Source of the DNA: Trichinella spiralis
Lineage: Eukaryota
Direction: 5' to 3'
DNA length: 58,364 nucleotides
Assembly (NCBI RefSeq): GCF_000181795.1
Contig: NW_003526943.1
Span: 3,625,150-3,683,513 of the forward strand
The translations under genes and the position numbers were made by a program. Shown here in pieces: positions 11,636 to 24,642 of this stretch. The notes under the pieces were generated by a model. The model saw only the letters and a list, made by a program, of their open reading frames with translations, was not told the DNA's origin and made no database searches. The stretch's first letter is position 1. Each line of letters begins with the position of its first letter.

Positions 11636-13486
11636 TTATTTCCTTGAAGAAAATGTCAAATCCATCAATTCTTCGTGCTGTTCTGGCCAACGGTGAATGA
11701 TAGTATTTTTCAAAATAGACGGTACGTCATTCATTGAATATTTCTGAAACAGTACAGGACGAAAACGATAATTTTTACACCCCATACTGCGATATTCCGC
11801 TGATATCAACCGAAACAAAAACTTCACTACTTGAGCTGATTGATCATTGTAAGCATCCTCTTCAACAATGCGTCGAAATTCTGGCGTACAAATAATCATT
11901 ATTGCTAATGCCTGAAATATTTCACACTTGAAAAATTTAAATATATTATTATTTAATGACTAGATGTATAAGTGCCTTACTTGATTGAACTGTTTCAGCA
12001 AGAAGCCATCCAAATCAACAGTAGCATCAAATGACAATTTATCACTTCGAATCACTTCTGAACCATAAGCTGCTAAATTTTTGCAAAGCCATGACAAATG
12101 CTTAGATAAATAATTCGACTGTCCATAAGTCACAATTAAAATACAGTCAACTTAAAAGTAAAATGCAATTAAAAAAAGAAATTACACAAAATATAAACAT
12201 TAAATAACAATAAATTACCCAAATGAACACCATCTGGATGCATGGAAGAAACGTCCCTGAAAACATTTCTATTACTAGAAAGTCTAAAATGTAATTTTTT
12301 GAAACTGCGCCTGCTCTAACTGTAAAATACAGCTGTTAAATTAACAAATAAAGCAGCAGTGATACTGATAATATATACATCAACAAATGCAATAGAAATT
12401 TCAGTTTTATCAACATGGCTTTAGCAATTAATAAAACATCTATATAAATCTAATTAAATATAATACCTGGTATAAATTCTTATATCGGAATTATGAAGTC
12501 AAAAAAGAATAAATTACAACTGCAAATAAATATTAACATATGCAAACCCAAATTTGCTGCTGTTAACACCCTGTGTAGTAGAAGAAGAAGCGTGACCATA
12601 TGCAGAATCTGCATTTTGCATATCACTTACACTTGAAGTAATATTTGGCGTTTCTAAAATAATAAAATACATAATTATCGAAACATACTTATTTTAATAG
12701 AATAAAACAATACTTACCTTCAACTCTATTTGAATATGAAGATGGAAACTCAGCATTTATATTAGGGGAATTTTCTTGCTTAGATTTCAAATCTAAGAAA
12801 TGATATTTAATTTAATGCTTCATAATTAATATGGATATCCAAAACATAACGTTTTCAGTCTGTCTTAAATAAGTAATTTACTCTTGGTTATAAAACTTCA
12901 TTGTCAGTTTTCCAATTGCAAACGATGTATAACCGATAAAAAACATTTAAACTTACTTATGAACAACCTTTTGACGTGTGAAAATATATCTAATCGTTGT
13001 AAATCATCGCGAATAATACGCATAAAAACATCTAATTTAACATCTCTATGACGTTTCAACAATTCTCCAGTAGGACTTTGTGGATGTTGTATTCGATCTC
13101 TGAGGTACTAAAATTAATCTTCAATAAAAAATGCAATTGTTTGTTTATGATTTTCAAATTTTTAATCACTAAAAGTAACTGACAGATTAGCTGCAAAAAT
13201 TGTAAAATAACAAACAGCAATGCTAAATTTAAAAAAAAAGTGATTAGCCCACTTTAATAGCTTCGGGTTTCATTCCCAAACTATCGGCAAGCCATTCCCA
13301 ATTTTTAAAATAAATTCCAAGCTTTGGCACGTCGAGCTGCATAATCAAATATTCTTGAATTTCTGAAGGCAAATCAGCCAAACAATATTCACCAAAATAA
13401 GATGGAATTTCACGATGCACTGAACAAGATGACTGAACATTGTCGCCGACACCTGAATCTTCGTCAACGACAATTTCTGTTTTCAT
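11636..13486 (-). CDS. Death-domain + SEFIR-domain adaptor, ACT1/CIKS (TRAF3IP2)-like; C. elegans actl-1-like
   Basis: N-terminal exons 13486-13253 and 13107-~12957 encode LDVP...NWEWLADSLGM...IK|YLRD...SPTGELL...LQRLDI (death fold). C-terminal exons ~12151-11981 and ~11911-11636 encode ILIVTYG...|AIMIICTPEF...EYRSMGCKNYRFRPVLF...VPSILKNTIIHRWP (SEFIR, as in ACT1 NFRFIPVLF...VP.WLQNT.VY.WP). Short Ser-rich linker exons lie between. Confidence 0.85.
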
Positions 13487-14068
13487 CAGAGTGAATTAAG
13501 CCTAAAGTGTGAACTCGTTCATATGAAAATATATGCTATTAAAAGCAATCACAAATGTAAAAACAATTCTGAAAAAAATACAGATTGTCAATAATTTCAT
13601 TTTCATTAACTCACTTAATTTAATAACAGTCCATCATAATCATTTCTTGAAAAAATAGAAATCTTATGTGTATACAATTACTTTCTTTAGACCAATAATT
13701 TTCTTTTAAAATTCGGAAATCGCTTATTGAGCATAAGAAAAAAAAATGATTAAAAAATAAACCCAAAAAATGCTTCAATGGAAATTTAAATACAGTTATT
13801 AGCATTTTCAGGTACGATACTTATGCCTACTTTTATCTTTGAAATAAAACAAGCAAAGAAACTGTAAAAATAATACTGAATATAATAATATAAAAGATAA
13901 TAATGATAAAATGTTTAAAAGTAATTTATTTTAAATAGTAACTACTGTTTTTTAACTGTTTTACAGGATCTGCTGCGTTACAGTAAGAAATTTGTTGATA
14001 AATATTGTACGTGATTCCTTTACAGTAACCATATTTTTGTTATTTAGATAATCAAAAATAATTTTTTC

Positions 14069-15143
14069 ATGGATGCGGATAAAAATGTTAGTTCTTGGGA
14101 GAGCATATTAAAATATATAGAGGTGCCGGATGAATTTATTCAAGTGTAAGTTTAAAACTTTTTTTGCACTACTGTTACTGAAAATCACTTTAATTTTTGA
14201 AGTATTTTTTTGCACATGTTGTTTTGCCTTTTTTATTTTTGTTTTTTGCGTTTTTATTTTTATTTAAACTTAGGTATTTAGCGTATTAATGGAATATATG
14301 CAGCATTTATTAGTGTAGTAGTTTTTTGTTACAATTAATGAATGAAAGCTATAGAATGTATTATTAATTTCCGCTGTGATTTTTTTAATGATTAAGAATT
14401 TCAAAGAAGTGTTTTTAAATTAAAGTTGGTTCTTAAAAAATTAATAAATTGCCGTCTGTCATTTATTACGGATATTAGCGTGTTGTCTTCTTTTATAAAT
14501 ACGTTTCTTCTTTTTTACTTGGTTTAAATGGAATATTAATTTATACTATTGTAATTAAAGACATTGTGTTTTACATTGGAATAAATTTGATTTTAGAAGC
14601 TCTAGTGGGGAAAGTTTAAGTTTCCTTAAAGATTTCAAAAAATGTTATGATAATTTGCGACAATGTTTACCGTCAGCTAGTGTTGGCGAAAAGTCAGCGC
14701 TTCCGAATCTTCACGTAGACGGTTTTGATGAGGAGTCCATATGGCAGCAGGTCGATTTGCACAATAGAGATCGTTTGCGAATTGTTCGTCAGGCTTTAAA
14801 ATGTGTCGGTCATGCTGGAACTGTTCAAGGTGATGATGATGATGTCTCTTATTCAGACGACGATGAAAAATATGCTTCTGATTTGGAAGTGAAAGGGGAT
14901 GTGGACATGGGCACCAGTTTAGCAGAATATTTTAATGTTAGAAATGAGGATTATTCTGCCGATGAAGAACTGGAAAACAATGACGATGAAGAAGATAAAA
15001 TAGATGAAGAAGATGATGATGAAGTAGATGAAGAGGAAGAAGTGGACGAAGAGGAAGAAATAGATGAAGAAGAAGAAGATGATGATGAACAAATAGATGA
15101 TGAAGAAATGGATGATGAAGAGTTAGATGAGACAGATGTAGAC

Positions 15144-15174
<31 letters not shown>

Positions 15175-16869
15175 AAAAGTATAATGGTACAAAATCAACA
15201 AAAGCGGATAAATTTTTTAATCGAGATGAAATGGAAAATTTTTTAAACAAAATGGATGAAAATGAGCGAAAAGCAGAATCTAGTAACGAAGAGTTGGACG
15301 AGTACGAAGAAATGGATGAGGATAAGGTGAATAATTTATTAGTAAATCATTTTTTAATATGGAAATTGAATCATATATATTTAGGAAGGTGGAAAGCATT
15401 ATCATTATTCTGAATTTTTTGATCCAATTCCACCGGATGAAAGTAAACAAGAAAAAAAATCCTCTTTCCAGAAACGTCAGGAACGGGTATGTATAATTGA
15501 GAATGAAGTATTTGGATTAAAAAGGATTTAATATTTTTAATTGAAAAAAAGTAAGAAAGGTACTAATATTGGGATTGATGCAAAATGGCTTGCATTTCAG
15601 ATGCGAAAGACAATCAGTGAACTGGAGGAGGAAAATTTGAAAGAAAAATCTTGGCAAATGAGAGGCGAAATAATAGCCAAAGCAAGGCCGGAAAATTCAC
15701 TGCTTTCTGAAAATTTGCTCTTTGACCGTGCTACAAAATTGCGTAAATTGAATCAGAATTTTTCAAATCTACATTTTTATGTTTTTGTTACAAAATTTTA
15801 TTCTTTTAAGCACCAATAATAACGGCTGAATCGTCCATGACATTGGAGGAAATGATCAAAAGACGCATTCGAGATGGAGTAATTGACGTTTGATATGACG
15901 TTTTATTCAATATAATTAAGCAAACTAATTTCATTCAGGCTTGGGACGATCCTGTTCGCAAAGTGAAGCCGATTACTGAACCGGCAGTTTACAAGAATAA
16001 GTTGATTTTGGATCAGCAAAAGTCGAAGCAGTCGTTGAGTGAAATTTATGAACAAGAATATCTTAAGAAGACTCAGGTGATGAATTTATATATTCCAAAG
16101 GAAATTTTTAAAATTATCAATTTTGAAAACATTTTCAGAAGTTGGAAGAAGAGCAGAAAAATCCAGCGCACGAAGAGATTCGCAAGGGTTTGAAAGATTT
16201 ATTTTTCAAATTGGATGCATTGACTAATTTCTACTACACTCCAAAAACGGTGTGCATTTATTATTTAATTATTTATTTTATGGATTTATAAATTGATTTC
16301 AAAGTTATTTATTCTTATTATTGTTTTGTTTTTGAAATTATTTCAGCCAGTTCCAGAATTGAAAGTGGTGGACAACATGCCCAGTGTGGTAATGGAAGAG
16401 GTGGCGCCAATTGCTGTTGCCGATTCTACACTTCTGGCACCGGAAGAAGTGAAGGAAAAAGCTGTGCATTTGCCAATGGCACCGGAAGAGATGACCAGAA
16501 CGGATAGGAACCGTGCTAGACGGAAATTGAAGCGTATGAAACGTTTGCGTGCTAAGCATCAAGCCAACAACAATTCCAAGCAGTTGGTTCCGAAGGATAA
16601 GATGAAGTTGCTGCAAAAAGTTGGAACTGTTCGAACTGCGAAGGTAATATTAATTTTCTTTTTATTTTTGTATTTTGTTAATAGTGAAAATAAAATGTTT
16701 TTTTTAATTTTGAATATTATAGACTTTTGATAATGAAAAGCATACGACAAAGTCGACGGCATTTTTCGAGCGCATGAATAGAGAAGTGAAAAGATTGATT
16801 CAAAATGAACTTGGTGAAAATGTGAAATCGAAAAAGAAGCAACTTTTGAAGAAAGTTGCTTTGAAATGA
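14069..16869 (+). CDS. MPP10: U3 snoRNP protein MPP10
   Basis: Multi-exon. Motifs LHVDGFDEESIWQQV, a long acidic D/E tract, YYSEFFDP, EEENLKEKSWQMRGEI.AKARPENSLL, AWDDPVRK, LDQQKSKQSLSEIYEQEY, KLDALTNFYYTPK, MEEVAP...LLAPEE and KSTAFF. Stop at 16867-16869. Confidence 0.95.
14960..15170 (+). repeat. GAA/GAT-rich low-complexity coding repeat (acidic tract of MPP10)
   Basis: Runs of GATGAAGAA and (GAA)n. These generate the spurious poly-Ser/Leu/His antisense ORFs in the track. Confidence 0.85.
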
Positions 16870-18390
16870 TAAATCTATATTTCAATTGTTCAATTTTATA
16901 CTTCCAGTTTGCAGCAGAATTTTGAAACTGTCACCGTAAGCGTAAGCTTTTGATCTCTCTTTTTTTTTGTTGCACTGAGAACAATTCTCGTTTTCAGACG
17001 ACGACCACAGACAGTGACAGTAATAAATTTTGAAACTGTTACATGATGCAGTATTTGCTTTTTTTTGAAAAATGATTATTTACGTGAAATAAATGAAATG
17101 TCGATTGCAACTTGAAAAATTGGCATATTCGTTTCAGAAGGGACGTTTCAAAAAACCAACAGGCTCGTAAAAGGTAATTTGCCATCGCATCAGCTGTAAC
17201 TGCACTTAACTTGAAGCTGTTGCGGTAATGTTTGACATTACAGTATAGAATTTGTACGTAATTTTCTTTTTAATATACAGAAATTCTATAATTGTAACAT
17301 TTCAAAAGTGGGGACAGCTGGAAAAATCACATTTTGCGGCAAAATGAACACTGTGCCATTTTCGCAATTGGAAAAATTGTACAATTTTCATAAGTATAAT
17401 TATGAAATGGTAATTTTTTAATTTTTTTAGGATTAAAAAATAATCGTTTTTTTAAACTATTGCAACTGTAGCGTGCCTGCGAATTGTTGTTTCAGATTTG
17501 CATTATCACAAATGTATATTTCGTGTTTTCCAATGTTGCGTTTGCCATATGCTGTTTCTGCAATTATTAAAAATGCTATCCATTTTCATATATGTATGCA
17601 TTTTGCACGAATGTATTTGTATGTATGTATGTATATTTGTTTGTTTGTTTGTTTGTTTTTGTCTAAATAAAATAATATCGTTTTGTGCGTATAGTTTGCA
17701 GAATGTTGAGTTGGTAGCAAAGTAAGGAGGACCGATTGTGCTGTTCGGTGGTGTTTCGTTAGATTCGTTTTCTTTAGTGCTTCTGCACATTTTCCTTGTT
17801 CGACTGTTGTGCAGTAAAAGAAGCACTTTTTTACATTGAATGTTCTTTTTTTTTAAATTAAAAAAAACTTAAAAAAATTTAAATATTATTTCATTAAAAA
17901 AATTTCAAAAACAATTATCACAGAAGCAAATAAATTATTGCCGTTGTCAGAATGTCATATGCATATATTTATATTAATATATGTATGTATGTAAGTATAT
18001 CTGTATGATTGAACTGTGCAAAGTGGCATGTGTTTTCAGGTTGTCGATGAAAAATTGCAGAGTTTGACATGAAAAGTTGTTATTAAGCCACAACTAGTTT
18101 TTGTCCATTTGCATTGCGACATTGGCTAGTAGTAATACAAGTAATTTGAAACTGCAAGTGTTTGTGTAGGCATTTTTGTATTTGTTCGCATAATTATTTT
18201 TTTTTTAAATTTATCTATTTTGCCGGCAATCAAAATTATAATGACAATTCATAAAAATCTGACCAGCGTTGTTAATGCGTCGACGTTCGTTGAAGAGAGA
18301 TTTATTGCCGCAGCAGTGTGTGAAATGCATTATTGTTTCAGCCGTCGCATTTACCGTGATGCATTTTTGCTAATTACATTTTCATGAAAA

Positions 18391-21300
18391 ATGACAACTG
18401 AACGAGCGAAAGCATTCGAAGATATGAAGCGCAGTTTGCGCTCTGCAAAGGTAAATTTACCTCGCTTATGTGCTTCAAATATTACGCCGAATGTTCATTA
18501 TTTAGTGATTGTTTGTGTGTTTTGCTGAATATTGCTTTGTTTCAGTTGAAATTGCTTTTGCATATTTTTTTTTACTCAGTCAAACAGTGGTCAAATGTTG
18601 CTGCACATACTGACGTATTATTGATTCTGAAATCGATCAATATGCTTGCTTTGCACACCAAGCCAAGCGTGCAAATAATTCAAAAACACACTAGCATTAT
18701 TAAACACACAAACGGCAGCAGTTTAATTCAAAATTCAATATTTCGAAAAGTCTCAGAAGCAATAGTAAAAAAAAAGTATTCAGTTTTGTATAATTTTTAC
18801 TTCTGATCTGAAATCAAAATCTGCAGTGAAGAGCAATTGATTTGAAGTGGAGAATATTTTTTTTTCCACCTCGTTGCACACAAATAATTGGATTTTTCAA
18901 CGAGCGACAATGATGACCACCATACATTCAATTTTTCAACAGCACTAGCAATAGCATTTCACTTTTCAGAGCATTTTAAATTCTTTGATCGAAATACTGA
19001 ATTCAACAAACATACGTGTGTTTGTAATATTGTAAAATTCAAATTCTCAGTTTATATACACATTCTGATCAGTTATCGACATTAAATTCGACTACAGACA
19101 AAACAAAAACATTTGTTCGAATTCAATATTTTCGCGTTAGCTAGCTATTTTATTTTTTACTCTTTTCAAATGCAATAAGAATAAAAATATATTCTATTAT
19201 AGAGACTCACAGCACGTAGCTGGATGACTCGACATACGGGTAGTGATGCAAGCTTTCGGCGTAAGTAAATAGGACAGACATCATGCATATTTTTTGTTCT
19301 TTGCTCTTCTTTTTCTTCCAAAATATCCGTTATCCATTTGTTTCAATATCATTTATTATGCAGCTATGCATCGATTCAGTCCTATTCAAAGAGAAAAATT
19401 GTTGAACTTGTTCGCTGCAAACCGATACCCGTCGACCGAAGTGAAAAGAAACCTTGCCGAAGAATTCAACGTCAGCATTCACCGGGTAATTCATCTTTTC
19501 TTTTTTTCTTTCAAAAATGTTGTTCAATTCAAAATCTACTATATGCAAAAAAATTGAAATAGTTGAATAATAAATTTATATATTAGAACTTAAAAAATAT
19601 TTTCTCATTTAATCCCGTTTCTTTTTTAATTAACTATTACAATTGGTGTTCACGTTAAATTTGTACCTACTTTACCTGCGGGAGTCTGTACTGTAGCATT
19701 TTTGTGATATCTTGTTGAAAGTTTGTCATTTGGTGCGCGCGTGCGGTTTTTGCCCCCCCCATTCGGCTGCTGTTTTAAATTTATTTTCGTTTGATCTGTT
19801 TCAAAAGTTCACTGCATTACTGTTGAATCACGTTCAGTACTAATAACGCATTTAATCAATTAATAAAGCGCAATTTTTCTGTTTGCTTTTTTCGGCTACT
19901 CTTTGACGCACTGTTACTTACACGACTTTTGTAGATATCTTGTTGGTTCAACGAAAAACGTCGTGCTCGAAATAACATGGAATCTTGCGGCAGTAGTGGC
20001 GGCGAAGGTAAGTTCTGTGGAAATGGAGAATATTTGTGTGTAATTTGTTCTGTCTGTTTTCGGTCCAACCGGTGCTGAAGCGGCTCCAGCATCACCGCCG
20101 AGTGTGCAAAGTATGTTGACTTAGAAAATCATGTTCCAGTTGAAAATTTTATTTTCGTATATTGTTTTTATCGTTTTGTTTTTTCTTTGAATTTCAGATT
20201 TCAGTCGCCAGTTGCTGAGCAAACGGCAGTATGAACGGTTGTCGACTTTGTTCGAGAAGAAAAAGTACATCTCCGCTACGGAACAAGCAGAACTGTGCTC
20301 AGAATTGGGCTTGACAGAAAGTCAAGTACGTCAATAATTGCGTTTGTTGTTATTGTTATTTTTGCTTGTTTGTTTTTTTGACGCGAGTTGGTTTAATATG
20401 CAAATATTTGCCAAATTAATAGCACTTTTCTTCAAAATTACACGTCGCACTTCGCATGCTGTTGTTGTTAATTTACTTGCGCCAATGGCATTTTTACCGC
20501 TTTCTCTTTCTCTCCAAGTCGTTGTTTATTTGTGGAGAAGCAGTTCAAGACAAACAACCCTTTGTTTGTTGTTTGACATTTGACGTGGAATTGTTTGTCG
20601 TAGCTGTGATAATTTTTACCATTCAATTTATGTTCGATGTTGAAAATATTCTCTACCCAACTGCAGTTGTTTTGTCGATTTCATTTCACAAATTTCAAAT
20701 TGCTGATTTTCCATTCCAGATTACAAATTGGTTTGTTCACCGCCGTCACAGGCTTCGTAAAAGTGCTCTTGGAGTTGGTGCGAAACTTGGTGAACGTAAG
20801 CTTGTTGTAGTTTATTTAGCTTGATTTATTCGACGAATTGTTTTTTTGTTGCAGGTGAATTGTTTTCTAAATTTTCTCCGATACAGTTGACAGAATTTTT
20901 GCACTTCTTCAACAAGCCTGTAGCTCCATCCAAAGAAGAACTCACCAAAGTCGCTTCTGAGCTTGATGTTCCAATCAGAAAGGTGAAATCTTTTAAATAA
21001 TTAAATAAATAAATAATTAATTAATTAATTAATTGTTCCATTCTTTCAGGTTATCAACTGGTTCAACAGACGAGCGAATGTGCCGAAAATTGAAGTCGAC
21101 TTTTATGATATTGGTACTTGTTGAAAATTTAATATTTTTTATCAGCTTTTGGATTTAATTTTGTTGTTGTCAACTTTTATTAGCTGTTACATTTTTTCAG
21201 TTAAAATTATTTTATTACTAATCTGTTCAATTGGTGTGGTATATTTCAGAGCCAGGCTTGGTGTATGATCAGTCTCCTGCTCAGTCGAACACCGCAAGTG

Positions 21301-21939
21301 GAGGAGGGCGTGTTACTGCTCGTTGTCAAGAAAGTAAATTTTGAAATGACAACCAAAAACGATGTTATTATTTATTGCTGAATGAATTAATGAAATGATT
21401 CAGTTCCGGTTGGCAACGAGATCACTGAAAGACAATTGGAAATGTTGGAAATTATGTTTGAAGATACTGATGAAGTAGCTCCAGAAATGGTTACTCTGCT
21501 GTCTAAAGCGTCTGGTTTAACCCAGGACGAAGTAAGCTATTTCGTGTTTATTATTATTTGATATTTTTAATTATTCTATGAAATGTTAAATATATAAATG
21601 TATGTAGATCGTTGGTTGGTTCAGAAAGAAATATACTGAAAAGTTGATGGATTCAAGCGTTCAAGCTCAAGAACTGAGTAAGTTCTACGTCTTTAACGTA
21701 TCGACTGATAATACGCATATTATAAAATATTGATAATAAATTTTGCATTTTATTTGCTTAAATTATTATGATCTGATTTTGCTTTTGGGCATTGTTGTGA
21801 AACAGTCTGTATTTTGGGAAAGTTTAAATATTTTTTGATTACAGAAGCGAAAACCCAATTCGACAGTGGAAGCGCTTTGAAACGCGGCACTCGTGTTAAA
21901 AAGTTTAGGCACGATCCCATGTTTATCTACTATGGGTGA
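18391..21939 (+). CDS. Multi-homeobox protein with four divergent homeodomains (12 coding exons)
   Basis: Exons 18391-18450, 19203-19260, 19364-19485, 19935-20007, 20198-20325, 20720-20795, 20855-20982, 21050-21113, 21250-21333, 21404-21531, 21608-21677 and 21845-21939 splice GT-AG in frame. HD1 RFSPIQREKLLNLFAANRYPSTEVKRNLAEEFNVSIHR|ISCWFNEKRR; HD2 ...LFEKKKYISATEQAELCSELGLTESQ|ITNWFVHRRHR; HD3 KFSPIQ...PSKEELTKVASELDVPIRK|VINWFNRR; HD4 ITERQLEMLEIMFE...SGLTQDE|IVGWFRKK. The first two exons are less certain. Confidence 0.85.
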
Positions 21940-24642
21940 TTTCTTCCATTTTTTATTCAGCGTTATTAGGAAATCTGTTCACAGAATGTGCTTTTTTTGT
22001 TTTTGTATGAGAAAACAGTTGGTGCGATGGTTCATCTTCATTTTTGAATGAATAAACAGCATTTCCGGATGTTCAGGGAATGTTTTCGTAAATATTTACA
22101 AAAGGGTGCTTGGTTTTTTTAATTTAGAAAATACGCAATTAATTAAATTAGTTGGGAAATGAAATCAACAATGCGACCGAATATTATGCGCAGCTACATC
22201 ACTAACATTACAAATTTTTATTTTAATTTATTTTGTTTACTTAGAATTTTAATCATTTGTGTGAATTGCAAAAATTTCCATTCATGAAAATAATGATAAA
22301 GCACTGTTACGCCTGATGTCAGTGACTACTTTGTTCATCAAAGCTAAGATTTCAAGTTAATGAGCATCAATATTTTAAAATAAGGTATACGTTTCATGCC
22401 TTTCAATAGTATCATTTTTAACCTACCGATATCCGACATTTTTTTCTAATAAACTGATAATCAGGTAGACATTGTACTTTAAGTAATTAAAAACATTTTT
22501 ACTCATAGTAGTCGAAATGTTTATTTCGATTTGTTTCGTAAAGTTTTCAAATTGAATTTATTGAAATTTGAATGAATGAATTTTGAAATAATTCCACTGC
22601 AAAACAATGCGAAACTTTGGATGGAGAAATGTGTTCAATTGTTCTTTTTCTTGTGGCATTTTAGCGTTAAAAAATGCTTCATTTTGTTAAAGAATTAAAT
22701 TTTCAGATGGAATGAATTATGAATGTGAAGACTGCGATTTTTTTGCAGCTTTTGATCCGAATGTTTTGTGTTTGTTTTCTCATCTCTTCAATGTTTCTGA
22801 AGAATGGGTATAGCTTGATTTGATTCATTATACTTGTGAAATTATTATTTTTTTTGTTTTCCACTTCAGATGGAAAGTTGGATACAAGATTCAATTGAAA
22901 TATGCCGAGAAATGCATGACTCTCACATGAAAACGATCATCAGTTGAAAACAGTTCACTTTGGGCATGTCATTAATAATAATAATAATAATATTTTTATT
23001 ATTTACTTATTGCATAGGGAAATTGCTTATCACATACATGATGAAAATCGTTGTATCTTGTTGTAAGAGTGATTTTATCACATTCAGCCCACTTCAGAAA
23101 AGTGTATCTGATTCAATAATAATAATAAACAACTTAATGTGAATTTAAATATTATGAACGAACACTTGAAATTTGTTGTATGCAGCATTGTCCTTTTCGA
23201 ATTATTTTTCTAAAAATCATTTTGTTGTTATATTGCACAAAAACAACCGATTCCTGATTTCATAAGTTTGCTCCAACTTAAGGAAAAAAATTTCATATTG
23301 CATTGCTACTGACCTAAAAAAAGCATTGATTCTTTTGCATAGCATTATATGTTAGCAAATTTTCGAATAAAATGTCATCATTACTTTTGCTGAAAAAAGT
23401 TCAAAGATGCGCATACATTTTTATGCAAAGAAAATTCCAAACTGCATGTGCAAATCAGGAGGAAATGCGAGCAGACTGTGCAAAAATCAATCACTGAAAG
23501 AAAACGAGAAATGAAATTTTTTGCTAATATAAAAGCTCAAGCAATAATTGGACAGGTCCATTTCATGCACTATATCAAACTGTTCAAAGTGCTGCATATG
23601 TGCAATATTTTCAAGTTTTTAAAAATCATTTTTCCGAATTAAACATTATAATCTTATAATCGATTATAATGTTAACTAAACGATTAATTAATTCATTTTA
23701 AATATATTTAGCATTTTTTACAATGATTTACAACGAATTCTTAATGAAATTTCTACTAATATTAATTAATCCTTGATTGTCTTGATTTCTGTGCACAGCA
23801 TACTGTCTATCTAATAACACATAGGAGGCATAATAAATGAATAACGCGATGCAATCAATATGGTGGCGATAAAATTTTTCTGATGTCAAGTGAATTACAT
23901 TTTGGTGTACAGTATCCAGAAAGAATTTGGCACAATTCCATTGCGCTACGTGCGACATACAAAATGGGACGTTTTGTTATCGCAAAAAATTACTTCTGAA
24001 GTTTTTCATCTGAAACGGCAGTCTGCATGAATTATGATAACATATATTATCTATAAGATATTATAATAGTTATGATATTGGAAACAAAAAAATTTTAATT
24101 TCATTTCGTATTTCAACCTTTCCTTGATGGGCCATTTTTTGAAATTCTGTCATTACTGAATTGCATGGCTAAATTTTTGTATAAATTAATGGTTTGCAAC
24201 AATTTTTCTATCGCATTTCAATTATTATAGAAATTTTATTAGCACTAGTAATTTTATTACAAAACAACTCAAATAAAGATACTTTTCAAGATGATAAAAT
24301 TTTCAAATAAAACGTCTTGTGTTACTAGCATGGCTAAGGAAATTTTTACACATTAATTACAACAATTAATAAATGGGCTCGCCAATAAAATTCTGAACAG
24401 CATACGCAAATGGGAGGCGCGCTTGCAAGTGAGCAAATCATGTAAAAATCACATTAAACTGATCAAAAAACAGAACCTATAAAAATTCAATAAGTCAACA
24501 AGCAGAAACTCAGAAGGAATTGTAAAATATTAAAATTTAAATGCAAAAGAATCTTCTCTCGAACAGAAATATGTTAAAGCCATTTATGAAAGTCTGTTAT
24601 TGTTACTGTTAGTGAAAAACACAGAATTTTCAAATTGCACTT

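Noticed and set aside
14938..15250. Poly-Ser and poly-Leu/His ORFs on the minus strand
   Set aside because: Antisense shadows of the GAA/GAT-rich acidic exon of MPP10.
22703..23958. Short ORFs between the homeobox gene and BRF1, including the 76-aa ORF at 23728-23958
   Set aside because: I could not build a consistent spliced model or recognise a motif. A small divergent gene is not excluded.
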